The notes under the pieces: generated by a model
The model's input: only the letters and a program-made list of their open reading frames with translations
Told to the model about the DNA's origin: nothing
Databases searched by the model: none
Assembly (NCBI GenBank): GCA_963775425.1
Contig: CAVZJB010000017.1
Span: 288,001 to 352,000, forward strand
DNA: 64,000 nucleotides
DNA from: an uncultured delta proteobacterium
GTDB lineage: Bacteria > Myxococcota > UBA727 > VGSZ01
Reading direction: 5' to 3'
Shown: positions 20,201 through 29,909 of the stretch, one piece after another
How the letters are laid out: the number at the start of each line of letters is the position of its first letter
How positions within the stretch are numbered: position 1 is the first letter of the stretch
Position numbers and translations under genes: made by a program

Positions 20201-23200
20201 GACGAAGAAGTTGGGCACGTTGGCGGCGGTGACGGGCACCTCGATGACCTCGCTCTTGCCGTCCTTCGGTAGATCGATGACACGCCAATCGAGCAGCGTG
20301 CCGCTGTCCACCTTGGTGGCGAGGAGCACCGACGCGCCGGCGCGGTCCGCGCTCACGAGGAGCCGCGCCGTGTCGCCGGGAGCGTAGGTGCGCTTGTCGG
20401 GGATGACCTCGACGCCGGCGAAGCGGTAGGTGTTGCCGGTGAAGTCGGGGCCCACCACCCACGCCACCGCGCTCGAGCGCACCTCGCGACCGTCCTTGTC
20501 GCGCGCGAAGAACGTGAAGCGGTACTGACCGGTCTTGGGCGCGCGCCAACGCAGCCGCGTGGCGCCTTTGTCGTCGGTGGCGAGCGGCTTTTCCTCGACG
20601 ATCTTCTCGCCGCGGACGGCGCCGTTTTCGGTGACGCCGAGGATCTCCTCGACGCGGAGCGTGCCCTGCACCGGCACGAGCGACCCGTCCGGGAGCAGCG
20701 TCGACACCAGCATCGAGACGTCGTCGCCCGCGCGCGCCCACCCGGCCTCCAGCTCGAGCGACGCGAGGAACGCCGTCCGCGTCACCGTCACCGCGCCCGA
20801 GCCCTTCACCACGTGCCGCGACAGATCGGTGACCTCGGCCTCCACGCTGTATTCGTGGTCGCGGTCGCCGAGGTCGTGCGCGGCGGCGGTGGTGTCGACG
20901 ACGACGGCGAGCACGCCCTTGTCATCGGTGACGCCCTCACCCTCGAGCACGAGCTCCTTGGGCGGCTCGGGCTTCGGGCCCCACCACGGGTACCAGAAGA
21001 TCGGGTGCGGCCCGCAGTCGTCCCACCAGGGGAACCACGAGTACGGGTACCAGATGCGGCCGTACCCCGGCCCGTACAGCCAGTCCCAGGGCGTGGGCGC
21101 CGCGTACGTGACCTCGTGGTCGCGACGGAAGATCTTGTAGTGCACCTTGGCGCCGTGCACGGGCCCGCCGGAGTAGTAGTCGGCGTGCACCTCGACGGGG
21201 ACCTTGTCGCCGAGGCGCGCCTGCCCCGCCGCCTTCACCGTCACCTGCACCTCGGGCGCCTTGTACTCCTCGACGCGGAATGTGGCGCCGCCGGTGTCGG
21301 CGTAACGGCCGTCGACGAGGACCTCCAGCCGATACGCGCCGAGCGGCGCGCCCTTCTTGAGCGGGAGGCGCAGCGCCGCGGAGCCCCAGGGGCCGGCCGC
21401 CTGCTCGTCGTCGATGACCTGCGCGCCGCGGCTGTCGTAGATGCGCGTGCGCATCCGCTTCACCCCGGTGGCCGGCTCGTACGCGCCCTTCTTCTTGTGA
21501 CGCGCCCACACCTTCAGTTGCACGGTGTCCCCGGGGCGATACACGGGGCGATCGGTGACGACGACGGCGACCTCCTCGTCCTCGCCCGTGGCGGTCGGCG
21601 AGTAGTTGTCACCGAGCCACTCGTCCACGGGCATGGTGAACGCGTCGCCCACGCGCACGCTCACCATGGCGTTCAGCTCGGCGTTCTTCGGCAACAGCGC
21701 GAGGCCGTGCTCGTCGCTGGTGAGCGCCACCTGTTTGGAGAGGCGAACCTCATGGTCGTCCACCCAGCGCGAGCCGTAGAAGAACACGTCGAGCGACGCG
21801 CCGGGGATCGGCTTCCCGCTCTCCGCGTCCACCACCCACGCCACGGTGCCGCGCGCGGTCTTCTTGAGCACGACGGCTGCGTCGTCGACGACGACGAGGG
21901 TGCGAGAGAGGACATCGGGCTTGCCCTTCTCCCGCGCTTCGACGAGCCACACGCCGGCCTTCGACAGCGGCGTCGGCAGCGTGGCTTCGGCGTACCGGAA
22001 GCTGGGATTGGGGTGGACGACGGCGGCGAACGTGACGACGTCCTTGGTCAGGTACCGCGAGGACTTGTTGGTCTCGTTGGCCTGCACGAACGCCCAGCCG
22101 AGGTTGTTGGGGTCGATGGCGCCGTTGTCACCTCTGCGCCGGCTGCCGTTCTTCCACCGCTTCTCGAAGTCGCTCAGCACCCGCTGGGCGTCGATGCGCG
22201 TGGCGGTGAAGTCGATGCCGCGCAGGTTCCGCAGCCGCACGGAGACGACGGCGGGCTTTCCGGCCGACTGCGCGCCCTTCGATTGGAAGACGACCTCGGG
22301 GCGGCGGATGCCGTTGAGGCTCGCGCGCACCTGGCCCTCGTGGGCGCCGCCCTTGTGCTCCTTCAGGTAGCTCTCGTAGGCGGCGACGGCGCGCGGGTAC
22401 TGCTGGCGCGACTGGAAATAGGTCCCCAACAGCGCCTCCGCTTCGTCCGCCGCCTTCGCGTGGGGATAGAGGCTCTGCACGCGCGCCAGCAGCCGCGGCA
22501 CGCTCTCGTCCGCGGGCACGGTGACACGGCGGACGCCGGTGGCGACGAGCGTGATGACCTCGTCGTCACCGAGGCGGAACATCTCTTCGTCCTTGGCTGC
22601 GTCCTTGTACGGGTAGCTGCCGCGCCACCACCAACTGCGCAGCCGGTCCAGCCGCTCGCCGCCGTCGCGCGTGCGGAACAGGAGCGCCTGCTGCAGGAGC
22701 GCCTGTGCCGCGGTCTCCTTGTTCGCGTCGTCGTCGACGGACTGCGCCTCCGCGAGGAGGAACTTGATCTTCTCGGTGTCGCCGAGCGCGGGGGCGTAGG
22801 CGCTCGGCTTGTCGGCGAACAGCACCGCGCCCTGGGGGGACACCGGCAGCCCGCGCGGCCGGGCCTGCTGAAGCGCGGCGCTCCACGACGTGTTGCGCCA
22901 CTCGCCGGCGTGCTCGTCGTCGCCCTCGGCGTCGGCGAGGCCGTCGTCGGGGCCGTTGTCCGGCGCCCACCACCACCCCCACGTCGCGTCGAACGCGGTG
23001 AAGCGCGCGACGGCGAGCGCGAGATCGATGTCGACCGCGGCACGCTCGCTGCCCTTGACGGCGGTCTCGTGCGCGAGGAGCTCGCGGGCCTCCTCGAGGT
23101 CGGCGACGGCGGCGGCGCGGTCTTCGGCGTAGGTCTGCGTCTGCTTGCCCTGGTCGTAGCGGCCGCGCAGGAATTCGCCGCCGCGGGTGGTTCCCCAGTG

Positions 23201-23728
23201 CGGCACGGCGAGCCTGGTCGACGCCAGCACGCGCAGGAGCCGGGCGCGCGTGACGACGTCGGCGGGGGCGTCGTACGCGCCGAGCGCGTCCTCGAAGAAG
23301 CGGAACCCCTCACCATACTCGCCGCGCCGAAACGCCATACGGAGCGCGCGCTCCACGGCAACGGGCGCGTGTGCGTCGTGCGGGAAGAACACCACGAGGC
23401 CCTCGTACGCCTCCTGCGCGTCCTTCCAGTTCTGGCTCTTGTCCTGCTCCTGGCCACGCTCCCACAGCGTCTCTTCATCGGCCTTGCGCAGGCTCTCTTC
23501 GAGCGCGTGCCAGCGGGCGTCACGGGCATCGCGCGCCGCCTTCTTGCGCGCCGCGGCGGCCACCGGATCCTCGGCTGGTGCGAAGTCCTCTCCGACGACG
23601 CCGGCGCTGTGTGCCGCACCGTCCGCGGGCAACGACCTGGCGCTGGCGTGCCCCGCGCAGGGTCCGGTGCACGCCGCGATGGCGGCTGCACACATCAGAG
23701 CACACGCGATACGGCGAGGATCAGCCAT
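17216..23728 (-). CDS. Alpha-2-macroglobulin family protein (MG2) with TPR-like N-terminus
   Basis: 2170 aa; lipobox-like AAC, TDRPVYRPGDTV, FRVEEYK, VRTQFADTA, PENLTTW, thioester motif YPYGCVEQT, and DGGWGWW. Confidence 0.95.
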   Translation of the reverse strand: MADPRRIACALMCAAAIAACTGPCAGHASARSLPADGAAHSAGVVGEDFAPAEDPVAAAARKKAARDARDARWHALEESLRKADEETLWERGQEQDKSQNWKDAQEAYEGLVVFFPHDAHAPVAVERALRMAFRRGEYGEGFRFFEDALGAYDAPADVVTRARLLRVLASTRLAVPHWGTTRGGEFLRGRYDQGKQTQTYAEDRAAAVADLEEARELLAHETAVKGSERAAVDIDLALAVARFTAFDATWGWWWAPDNGPDDGLADAEGDDEHAGEWRNTSWSAALQQARPRGLPVSPQGAVLFADKPSAYAPALGDTEKIKFLLAEAQSVDDDANKETAAQALLQQALLFRTRDGGERLDRLRSWWWRGSYPYKDAAKDEEMFRLGDDEVITLVATGVRRVTVPADESVPRLLARVQSLYPHAKAADEAEALLGTYFQSRQQYPRAVAAYESYLKEHKGGAHEGQVRASLNGIRRPEVVFQSKGAQSAGKPAVVSVRLRNLRGIDFTATRIDAQRVLSDFEKRWKNGSRRRGDNGAIDPNNLGWAFVQANETNKSSRYLTKDVVTFAAVVHPNPSFRYAEATLPTPLSKAGVWLVEAREKGKPDVLSRTLVVVDDAAVVLKKTARGTVAWVVDAESGKPIPGASLDVFFYGSRWVDDHEVRLSKQVALTSDEHGLALLPKNAELNAMVSVRVGDAFTMPVDEWLGDNYSPTATGEDEEVAVVVTDRPVYRPGDTVQLKVWARHKKKGAYEPATGVKRMRTRIYDSRGAQVIDDEQAAGPWGSAALRLPLKKGAPLGAYRLEVLVDGRYADTGGATFRVEEYKAPEVQVTVKAAGQARLGDKVPVEVHADYYSGGPVHGAKVHYKIFRRDHEVTYAAPTPWDWLYGPGYGRIWYPYSWFPWWDDCGPHPIFWYPWWGPKPEPPKELVLEGEGVTDDKGVLAVVVDTTAAAHDLGDRDHEYSVEAEVTDLSRHVVKGSGAVTVTRTAFLASLELEAGWARAGDDVSMLVSTLLPDGSLVPVQGTLRVEEILGVTENGAVRGEKIVEEKPLATDDKGATRLRWRAPKTGQYRFTFFARDKDGREVRSSAVAWVVGPDFTGNTYRFAGVEVIPDKRTYAPGDTARLLVSADRAGASVLLATKVDSGTLLDWRVIDLPKDGKSEVIEVPVTAANVPNFFVEATTVAGAQVFEEARELFVPPTASDLRISVKPAAAVVKPGGKSELVVTTTDGQGKPVAAEVALTVFDASVLAIAPDATVDVRKHLWGRKRWHQPSATSSLGRAQAVWGGATAPDQQARWQLQSRAQRRFQRQIDFVHAEGGEATALLADEALDGLAANGVGFGGGGRAKSAETRRAREGEAEGAARADAPATSVSTDMKDADDRQSEKKAPSGHAARDEADTGASAGGPAPHVRTQFADTALFTSVVTGADGTARVPVTFPENLTTWSVRAVGIDQGARVGRGDASIVTTKDLLVRLAAPRFFRDRDRVTLSAIVQNKRAAAERVKVSLDVSDDLLSVAGARQRDVSVPAGGEVRVDFSVSVRGEGQAKVRVTAKGAHDGDAKELTFPVLVHGMEKMVARTGSISAGAGASADKSVEVEVPKERREDQTELVVRTSPSLAGGMIDALPYLLDYPYGCVEQTLSRFVPAVLTRRALQQSGGVTLEGLAKAHRDLDAQHKGGAADSKRNEREHRQLDRNPIYDSALLADIIDRGMTRIRKMQHGDGGWGWWADDESSVYMTSLVLAGLLDAKGADLAVDGDMLARGRSALRREVEAEIWRYKRDEDKRWVNDADAYALWVMSRFGDTHEELLNLLYERRIQLTPYGKLLLALAEKNLKHEGNASLLLQNVDQLRKEDPEDETAYVETATAGWWYWYNDDIETNALYLRALDAIRPGDPAAPQVVKWLLNHRKHGFYWDSTRDTAQVVAAFANHMQVSGERHPDYDLEILVDGAVKKKVHVDAKNMFLVDGDLRLHGKEIGGGKHTITVRRTGQGAVYFNAYLSFFTLEDDIKAAGLEVKVDRRYYKLVRHDRLHDVAGARGQSLSQREVAYEKVPLRSGAQVNSGDLILVELTLTSKNDYTYLAFEDPKPAGAEAVALRSGTVGGEAWAHMELRDDRVVFFLNELTQGKLLLSYRLRAELPGAFSAMPATGFAMYAPEIKANSDEMKLGITEDTGM

Positions 23729-23849
23729 CGAGCACCTCAGTCTCGGCCTACAAACGGGCGAGGTGCGGCATTGATCTCACAGTGTCCCGAAGCTCGACGA
23801 CGCCCCGCGACGCGACACGGTCGAGCGCCTGCCGTGAGATGCTTTCAGC

Positions 23850-25889
23850 GTGGCACCGCGGCGTCACCACGTTTCGCTGTCCGTGGGCCTCGTCGCCGGC
23901 GTCCTCGCCCTCGGCGCGTGCGCCGCCGGCTGCGACCCCATTGCGCTCGCGTGCGACAGCTCGCGCGACTGTCCCGATGGCCAGAGCTGCAGCGCCAGGC
24001 TGTGCAGCGCCGCCCCACCCGGCGAGGGCGAAGGAGAGGGCGACGAAGGCGAGGGAGAGGGCGAAGGAGAGGGCGAAGGAGAGGGCGAAGGAGAGGGCGA
24101 AGGAGAGGGCGAAGGAGAAGGAGAGGGCGACGAGGGCGAAGGAGAGGGAGAAGGAGAGGGCGAGGGAGACGCCGGCGAGGGAGAAGGAGAAGGAGAAGGC
24201 GAAGGCGATCCCGTCTGCGGCGACGGCACAGTCGCGGGGACCGAGGAGTGCGACGACGCCAACGCCGTCGAGGGCGACGGCTGCGACAGCAACTGCACCG
24301 AGTCCCGCTGCGGCAACGGCGTCGCCTCATCCACCGAGGCGTGCGACGACGGCAACCTCGACGACGACGACGGCTGCGACAGCAACTGCACGCTCACCGG
24401 CTGCGGCAACGGCATCGTCACGTCCGGCGAAGACTGTGACGACGGCAACGACGTCGAGGGCGACGGCTGCGACAGCAACTGCACCGTGAGCGCCTGCGGC
24501 AATGGCGTGACAGCACCCGACGAGGCGTGCGACGACGGCAACCTCACGAGCGGCGACGGCTGCGACAGCAACTGCACCCTGTCGGGGTGCGGCAACAGCA
24601 TCGTCGCCGCCCCCGAGGTCTGCGACGACGGCGCCGACAACAGCAACGCCCCCGACGCCACCTGCCGGCTCGACTGCTCCCCCCAGCGCTGCGGCGACCA
24701 CATCATCGACGTCGCGCACGGGGAGGCGTGCGACGGAGCGCCCGGCTGCGATCCGGTCACCTGCGTCTTCGGCGCGCAGTTGTGCGTCAGCGACCAGACC
24801 GGGGCGCTGCAGTGCTGGCTCGACATCCCCTCGCTCGTCCACGGCGCCCCGCAACAGCCCGCGCCCGTCGACGGCGCCGCGCCCACGAGCCCCTACTTCC
24901 TCGACGTAAACCTCGCCTGCTCGAGCGCGCTCGTGAACATGAACGCGCTCACGGGCACCGCCGCCTCCCTGTGCGGCGTCAGCGTTCCGATGCAGATCGC
25001 CAACGACGGCGACGGCCAGTCCACCGCCATCTTCACCATGCGCTCGCTGTCCCTCAGCGGGCAGCTCCGCTTCGCCGGCAACAAGAACGTGCTCTTCGTC
25101 GTCTACGGCGACGTGAACATCGAGAGCGGGTCACGCCTCGACGTGAGCGCCGCCAGCACCACCGCGGGCGCGGGCGCGCGCACGTGCAGCAACGCCAACG
25201 GCGCGGGCGGCGGCGGCGGCGGCGACGACGGCGGCGGCGCGGGCGGCAGCCACGGCACCAGCGGCGCCCGCGGCGGCCGGAGCGGCAACGACACGGCCGG
25301 CGTGGTGCACGCGTCGACGGCCGCGGACATCCAGACCTCGCTGCTCCGGGGCTGCCCGGGCGGGCGCGGTGGAAACTCCAACAACTCCAACGGCCGCGGC
25401 GGCGGCGCCGGCGGCGCGCTGCAAATCTCTGCCGGCGGCACCGTCACCATCGCGGGGACGGTCAGCGCCAACGGCGGCGGCGGCACGCGCGACACCGTCG
25501 CCGACGGCGGCGGCGGCGGCGGCGGCTCGGGCGGCGACATCTACGTGCAGGCCGTGCGGCTCTTCGTCAGCGGCGCCGTCGTCGCACAGGCCGGCAGCGG
25601 CGCCGGCAGCAGCAACGGCAGGAACGGGCAGGACGGCTCCCCCGACCCGCTGCAACAGGCCGCCGGCGGCACCGCGGGCAGCAACGGCACCGCAGGCGGC
25701 AAGGGCGCGGGCGCGGCCGGCGACGGCAACATCAACGGCGCCACGGCCGGCGGCGACATCAGCGACACCACGTCCCACGGGGCCGGCGGGGGCGGCGGCG
25801 GCGCCGGCCGGGTGGGCCTCGCGCTCCCCTCCTGCGCGGGCCTGCCCGTGGCACCCTTTTCGCCGCAGCCGAGCTGCCAGGTCCGGTGA
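23850..25889 (+). CDS. Secreted/lipoprotein with (GE)n linker, Cys-rich DUF4215-type repeats and Gly-rich C-terminal domain
   Basis: Signal peptide and AAGC; CGNG.....E.CDDGN...GDGCDSNC repeats; GGGGG-rich tail. Confidence 0.85.
   Translation: MAPRRHHVSLSVGLVAGVLALGACAAGCDPIALACDSSRDCPDGQSCSARLCSAAPPGEGEGEGDEGEGEGEGEGEGEGEGEGEGEGEGEGEGDEGEGEGEGEGEGDAGEGEGEGEGEGDPVCGDGTVAGTEECDDANAVEGDGCDSNCTESRCGNGVASSTEACDDGNLDDDDGCDSNCTLTGCGNGIVTSGEDCDDGNDVEGDGCDSNCTVSACGNGVTAPDEACDDGNLTSGDGCDSNCTLSGCGNSIVAAPEVCDDGADNSNAPDATCRLDCSPQRCGDHIIDVAHGEACDGAPGCDPVTCVFGAQLCVSDQTGALQCWLDIPSLVHGAPQQPAPVDGAAPTSPYFLDVNLACSSALVNMNALTGTAASLCGVSVPMQIANDGDGQSTAIFTMRSLSLSGQLRFAGNKNVLFVVYGDVNIESGSRLDVSAASTTAGAGARTCSNANGAGGGGGGDDGGGAGGSHGTSGARGGRSGNDTAGVVHASTAADIQTSLLRGCPGGRGGNSNNSNGRGGGAGGALQISAGGTVTIAGTVSANGGGGTRDTVADGGGGGGGSGGDIYVQAVRLFVSGAVVAQAGSGAGSSNGRNGQDGSPDPLQQAAGGTAGSNGTAGGKGAGAAGDGNINGATAGGDISDTTSHGAGGGGGGAGRVGLALPSCAGLPVAPFSPQPSCQVR
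24021..24207 (+). repeat. (Gly-Glu)n coding repeat
   Basis: ggcgaaggagag-type units. Confidence 0.9.
24216..24740 (+). repeat. Cys-rich 31-aa (93-bp) repeats: 4 clear plus 2 degenerate
   Basis: gacggctgcgacagcaactgcac recurs at 93-bp spacing. Confidence 0.9.
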
Positions 25890-25951
25890 GCCGCCTGCGC
25901 CCTTGATCTCTCGGGGCCTCTCGCGGGAGCGTGCGCTCCACCGGGGCTTTG

Positions 25952-27865
25952 ATGGATTACACGCTGCGCGAACGCCTTCACTATCGCTTCGACAACCTGC
26001 TGGCGCGGGGGACCGTGGCGCTCGTGCTCGCGCTCGCCATGGTGAGCGCCGTGGTCATCGGGCTCATCGCCGCCGTCGTCGTCGTCAGCGGCGCACGACC
26101 CGCGGAGGCGCAGGAGCCGCTCGGCTTCGGCGAGGCCGCCTGGGAGAGCCTGATGCGCACGCTCGACCCGGGCACCATGGGCGGCGACACCGGGGCGCTC
26201 TTTCGCACGCTGATGTTCGTCATCACCATCTTCGGCGTCTTCGTCATCTCCACGCTCATCGGCATCCTGGCCAACGGCCTCGAGGGACGCATCGAGCAAT
26301 TGCGCAAGGGGCGCTCGCGCGTCGTCGAGCTCGACCACTCCGTCATCCTCGGGTGGTCGGAGCAGGTGTTCCCCATCGTCACCGAGCTCATCGAGGCCAA
26401 CGTCTCCCGGCGGGGCCGCGGCGCGTGCGTGGTGATCCTCGGCGACATGGACAAGACCGACATGGACGACGCCGTGCGCGAGGCCTTCCCGGACTCGCGC
26501 GGCACGCGCATCGTGTGTCGCACGGGCAGCGGCATCGAGTCCGGCGACCTGCGCATCGCCGGCATCGACAGTGCGCGCTCCATCGTCATCGTGGCGCCGC
26601 AGAAGAACGGCGCCCCCGCCGAAGACCCGGACGTCGAGGTCATCAAGACCATCCTGGCCATCACCAACAACCCCGCGCGCAAGAAGGGCCGCTATCACAT
26701 CGTCGCGGAGATCCGTGATCCCAGGAACTTCGAGGTGGCGCAGATGGTGGGCAAGGACGAGGTGGAGCTCGTCCTCGTCGGCGACCTCATCGCGCGCATC
26801 GCGGCGCAGGCGTGCCGGCAGTCCGGCCTGTCCGTCGTGTACCAGGAGATGCTCGATTTCTCTGGTGACGAGATCTACTTCACCGAGCAGCCCCCTCTCG
26901 CCGGCAAGACGTACGGCGACGCGCTGTTCGCGTTCGACACCAGCGCGCTCCTCGGCGTGCGCCCACGCGCGGGCATCCCCATCCTGAACCCGCCGCCGGA
27001 TACGCCCATCAACGCCGGCGACAAGCTCATCGTCCTCGCCGAGGACGACGACAAGATCTTCCTGCAGCAGACGCAAAAGCCGGAGCCGGACCACATCGCG
27101 CTCCACGAAGAGCCGGCGCGGAAGCCGGAGCGTACGCTCCTCCTCGGTTGGAACTGGCGGGCGCCGCATGTCATCAACGAGCTCGACGCGTACGTCGCTG
27201 CCGGCTCGAGCATCCACGTCGTCGCCGACTCCGCCGACGCCGGCGACGTGCTGGCCGAGCGCTGCGGCGGCTTGCAGCGCCAGACGCTCTCGTTCCAACG
27301 CGGCGACACCACCGACCGCCGCACGCTCGACGCGCTGCGCATCGAGACGTACGACCACGCCATCGTCCTGTGTTACTCGGACATGCTCGAGGCGCAGAAG
27401 GCCGACGCCGCCACGCTCATCACGCTCCTCCACCTGCGCGACATCTCCGACAAGACCAGGAAGCGAGTCCCCGTCGTCAGCGAGATGCTCGACATCAACA
27501 ACCGCGCCCTCGCGGAGGTCACCCGCGCCGACGACTTCATCGTCAGCGACCGCCTCGTGAGCCAGATGCTGAGCCAGATCTCGGAGAACAAGGAGCTGAA
27601 CATGGTGTTCCAGCAGCTCTTCTCTCCCGAGGGCTCCGAGATCTATCTGCGCCCCGCGTCGCTCTACGTGAAGCTCGGCGTGCCGGTGCGCTACGCCACG
27701 GTCGTGGCGGCGGCGTCCAAGAAGGAGCACACCGCCGTGGGCTTCCGGCTGGCGAAGTTCCAGAACGACGCCGACAAGGCGTACGGCGTGAAGGTGAACC
27801 CCAGGAAGAGCGAGACCATCACGTTCGGTCCGCACGACACCATCATCGTTCTCGCCGAGGAGTGA
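25952..27865 (+). CDS. CASTOR/POLLUX-related ion channel (pore plus RCK domains)
   Basis: RLHYRFDNLL, pore region LDPGTMGGD, LRKGRSRVVE.DH.VILGWS, two RCK domains, ADDFIVSD and PEGSEIYL. Confidence 0.9.
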   Translation: MDYTLRERLHYRFDNLLARGTVALVLALAMVSAVVIGLIAAVVVVSGARPAEAQEPLGFGEAAWESLMRTLDPGTMGGDTGALFRTLMFVITIFGVFVISTLIGILANGLEGRIEQLRKGRSRVVELDHSVILGWSEQVFPIVTELIEANVSRRGRGACVVILGDMDKTDMDDAVREAFPDSRGTRIVCRTGSGIESGDLRIAGIDSARSIVIVAPQKNGAPAEDPDVEVIKTILAITNNPARKKGRYHIVAEIRDPRNFEVAQMVGKDEVELVLVGDLIARIAAQACRQSGLSVVYQEMLDFSGDEIYFTEQPPLAGKTYGDALFAFDTSALLGVRPRAGIPILNPPPDTPINAGDKLIVLAEDDDKIFLQQTQKPEPDHIALHEEPARKPERTLLLGWNWRAPHVINELDAYVAAGSSIHVVADSADAGDVLAERCGGLQRQTLSFQRGDTTDRRTLDALRIETYDHAIVLCYSDMLEAQKADAATLITLLHLRDISDKTRKRVPVVSEMLDINNRALAEVTRADDFIVSDRLVSQMLSQISENKELNMVFQQLFSPEGSEIYLRPASLYVKLGVPVRYATVVAAASKKEHTAVGFRLAKFQNDADKAYGVKVNPRKSETITFGPHDTIIVLAEE

Positions 27866-27869
27866 GCCC

Positions 27870-29801
27870 ATGCACAGCGACGACGCCTACCTGCAAGCCC
27901 TCGCCCGCCGCTTCCCGTCGCGCGAGTCCGCGCTCGCCGAGATCGCCCACCTGAAGAGCGTGCTGGTGTTGCCCAAGGGCGCCGTTCACGTGGTCAGCGA
28001 CGTGCACGGCGAGGACAAGAAGCTCAGCCACATCATCCGGAACGCGAGCGGCCGCCTGCGCACGCTCGTCGACGAGCTGTTCGGTGAGCGCCTCTCCGCA
28101 GACGAGCGCCGTGAGCTGCTCACGCTCGTCTACTACGTGCGCGAGAGCTGGATGCACCTCGGCGTCTCCGACAAGCCGCGCGAAGAGCGCGCCCGCTGGC
28201 TGTCGACGCGCCTGTCGTGGATGCGCGACCTCATCCGCACGCTCGCCGAGGGGCACACCGCGCGCGCCGTGGAGCGCATCTATCCGGCGCCCTATGAGGA
28301 GCTGTTCCGCGAGATCGTCACGTTCTCCGGCGGCGTACACCGCGACGACGCGTACCTGCAGGCGCTGCTCGAGCCGTTCGTGGACCGCGGACAGGGCCTC
28401 GACCTCCTGCGCCTCGCGAGCCGCATCGTGCGCAACCTCTCGGTGCACGAGCTCGTCGTGGCCGGCGACCTCGGCGATCGCGGTCCGCGCCTCGACCGCG
28501 TGATCTCCATCCTGATGAAGCAGCCCAACGTCTCCATCGTGTGGGGCAACCACGACGCCGCATGGATGGGGGCGTGCCTCGGGCAGGAGGCGCTCATCGC
28601 CACCGTCGTCCGGGTGAGCCTGCGCTACCGACGCCTCTCGCAGCTCGAGGAGGGGTTCGGCATCACCATGGCACCGGTGGAGCGCCTCGCGCGGGACGTC
28701 TACGGCGACGACCCCGCCGACCGCTTCGAGTGCAAGGGCACGGGCCTGCGCGACGCATGGCTCATGGCGCGCATGCAGAAGGCCATGGCCATCCTCCAGT
28801 TCAAGCTCGAGGCGCAGGCCGCGGCGCGCAACCCCGAGATGGAGCTCGGTCATCGCTGCCTGCTGCGCAACGTCGACACCGAGAAGGGCACGGTGACCAT
28901 CGACGGCAAGGTGTACGAGCTGCGCGACCCGCGGATGCCCACGCTCGATCCGGACAACCCCGACAAGCTGAGCCCGGAGGAGCAGCGCTGCATCGATCGC
29001 CTCAAGCAGTCCTTCCTGGCGAGCCCGCAGCTCTGGCGCGCCATGCAGTTCGTGCGCGGGCGGGGCTGCATGCTGCTCGCGCGGGACCAGAACCTCATCT
29101 TCCATGGCTGCGTTCCCGTCGACGACAAGGGCGCGCTCCTGACCTTCCCCGTCGACGGCGAAGCGCTCGCGGGCAAGGCGCTCCTCGAGGGCTTCGAGCG
29201 CGTGGTGCATCGGGCGTTCCGCGAGAAGCGCGAGAAGGACCTCGACGTCCTCTGGTACCTCTGGACGGGCGCGCGCTCGCCGCTGTTCGGCAAAGACAAG
29301 ATGGCCACGTTCGAGAGCTATCTCGTCGCCGACGACGCCGCGAAGAAGGAGAACAAGAACCCCTACTTCAAGCTGCAGAACGAGGTGGCGTTCTGCGATG
29401 CGATCTTCGAGGAGCTCGGCGGGGATCCCAAGGTGGGCTTCATCGTCAACGGCCACGTGCCCGTGAAGGTCGAAAAGGGCGAGGAGCCTTTGAAGAAGAG
29501 CGGGCGCGCCGTGACCATCGACGGCGCGTTCAGCGAGGCCTACGGCGACCGCGGCTACACGCTCATCCTCGACGCGCACCGTACGGCGCTCGCGGAGCAC
29601 CACCACTTCGACTCGGTGGAGGCGGCGGTGGCGTCGGGCGCGGACATCGTCCCCAAGGTCACGGACCTCCGCCGCTTCGACAAAGTGCGGCTCGTCGCGG
29701 ACACCGAGACCGGTGCCCGTATCGCCAAGGAGATCGGGGCCCTCGAGGCGCTCATCCGCGCCTACGAAGAAAACCGCCTCCTGGAGACCGCCCCCGTCTG
29801 A
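27870..29801 (+). CDS. fbp: Fructose-1,6-bisphosphatase class III
   Basis: LPKG..HVVSDVHGE, GDLGDRGP, WGNHD, WYLWTG..SPLFGKDKMATFE, IVNGHVPVK and IDGAFSEAY. Confidence 0.92.
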   Translation: MHSDDAYLQALARRFPSRESALAEIAHLKSVLVLPKGAVHVVSDVHGEDKKLSHIIRNASGRLRTLVDELFGERLSADERRELLTLVYYVRESWMHLGVSDKPREERARWLSTRLSWMRDLIRTLAEGHTARAVERIYPAPYEELFREIVTFSGGVHRDDAYLQALLEPFVDRGQGLDLLRLASRIVRNLSVHELVVAGDLGDRGPRLDRVISILMKQPNVSIVWGNHDAAWMGACLGQEALIATVVRVSLRYRRLSQLEEGFGITMAPVERLARDVYGDDPADRFECKGTGLRDAWLMARMQKAMAILQFKLEAQAAARNPEMELGHRCLLRNVDTEKGTVTIDGKVYELRDPRMPTLDPDNPDKLSPEEQRCIDRLKQSFLASPQLWRAMQFVRGRGCMLLARDQNLIFHGCVPVDDKGALLTFPVDGEALAGKALLEGFERVVHRAFREKREKDLDVLWYLWTGARSPLFGKDKMATFESYLVADDAAKKENKNPYFKLQNEVAFCDAIFEELGGDPKVGFIVNGHVPVKVEKGEEPLKKSGRAVTIDGAFSEAYGDRGYTLILDAHRTALAEHHHFDSVEAAVASGADIVPKVTDLRRFDKVRLVADTETGARIAKEIGALEALIRAYEENRLLETAPV

Positions 29802-29909
29802 GCGCGGTCATGGGGTGCGCCGGCGGCTTGGGGCGCACCGACCGTGAGCGCTGTCACCTCCGCGCCCGCGCGCGACACGGATCCCGGCTGCTGCCGCCAA
29901 CCCGCGCGC

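Noticed and set aside
17417-24439. Very long antisense and alternate-frame ORFs (951, 936, 1208 aa; likewise 38186-41851, 57781-60828 and others)
   Set aside because: Shadow ORFs expected at this GC content; they carry no motifs and overlap well-supported genes.
24216-24740. Regularly spaced repeats resembling a CRISPR array
   Set aside because: In-frame 93-bp protein repeats with homologous intervening sequence; no cas genes.
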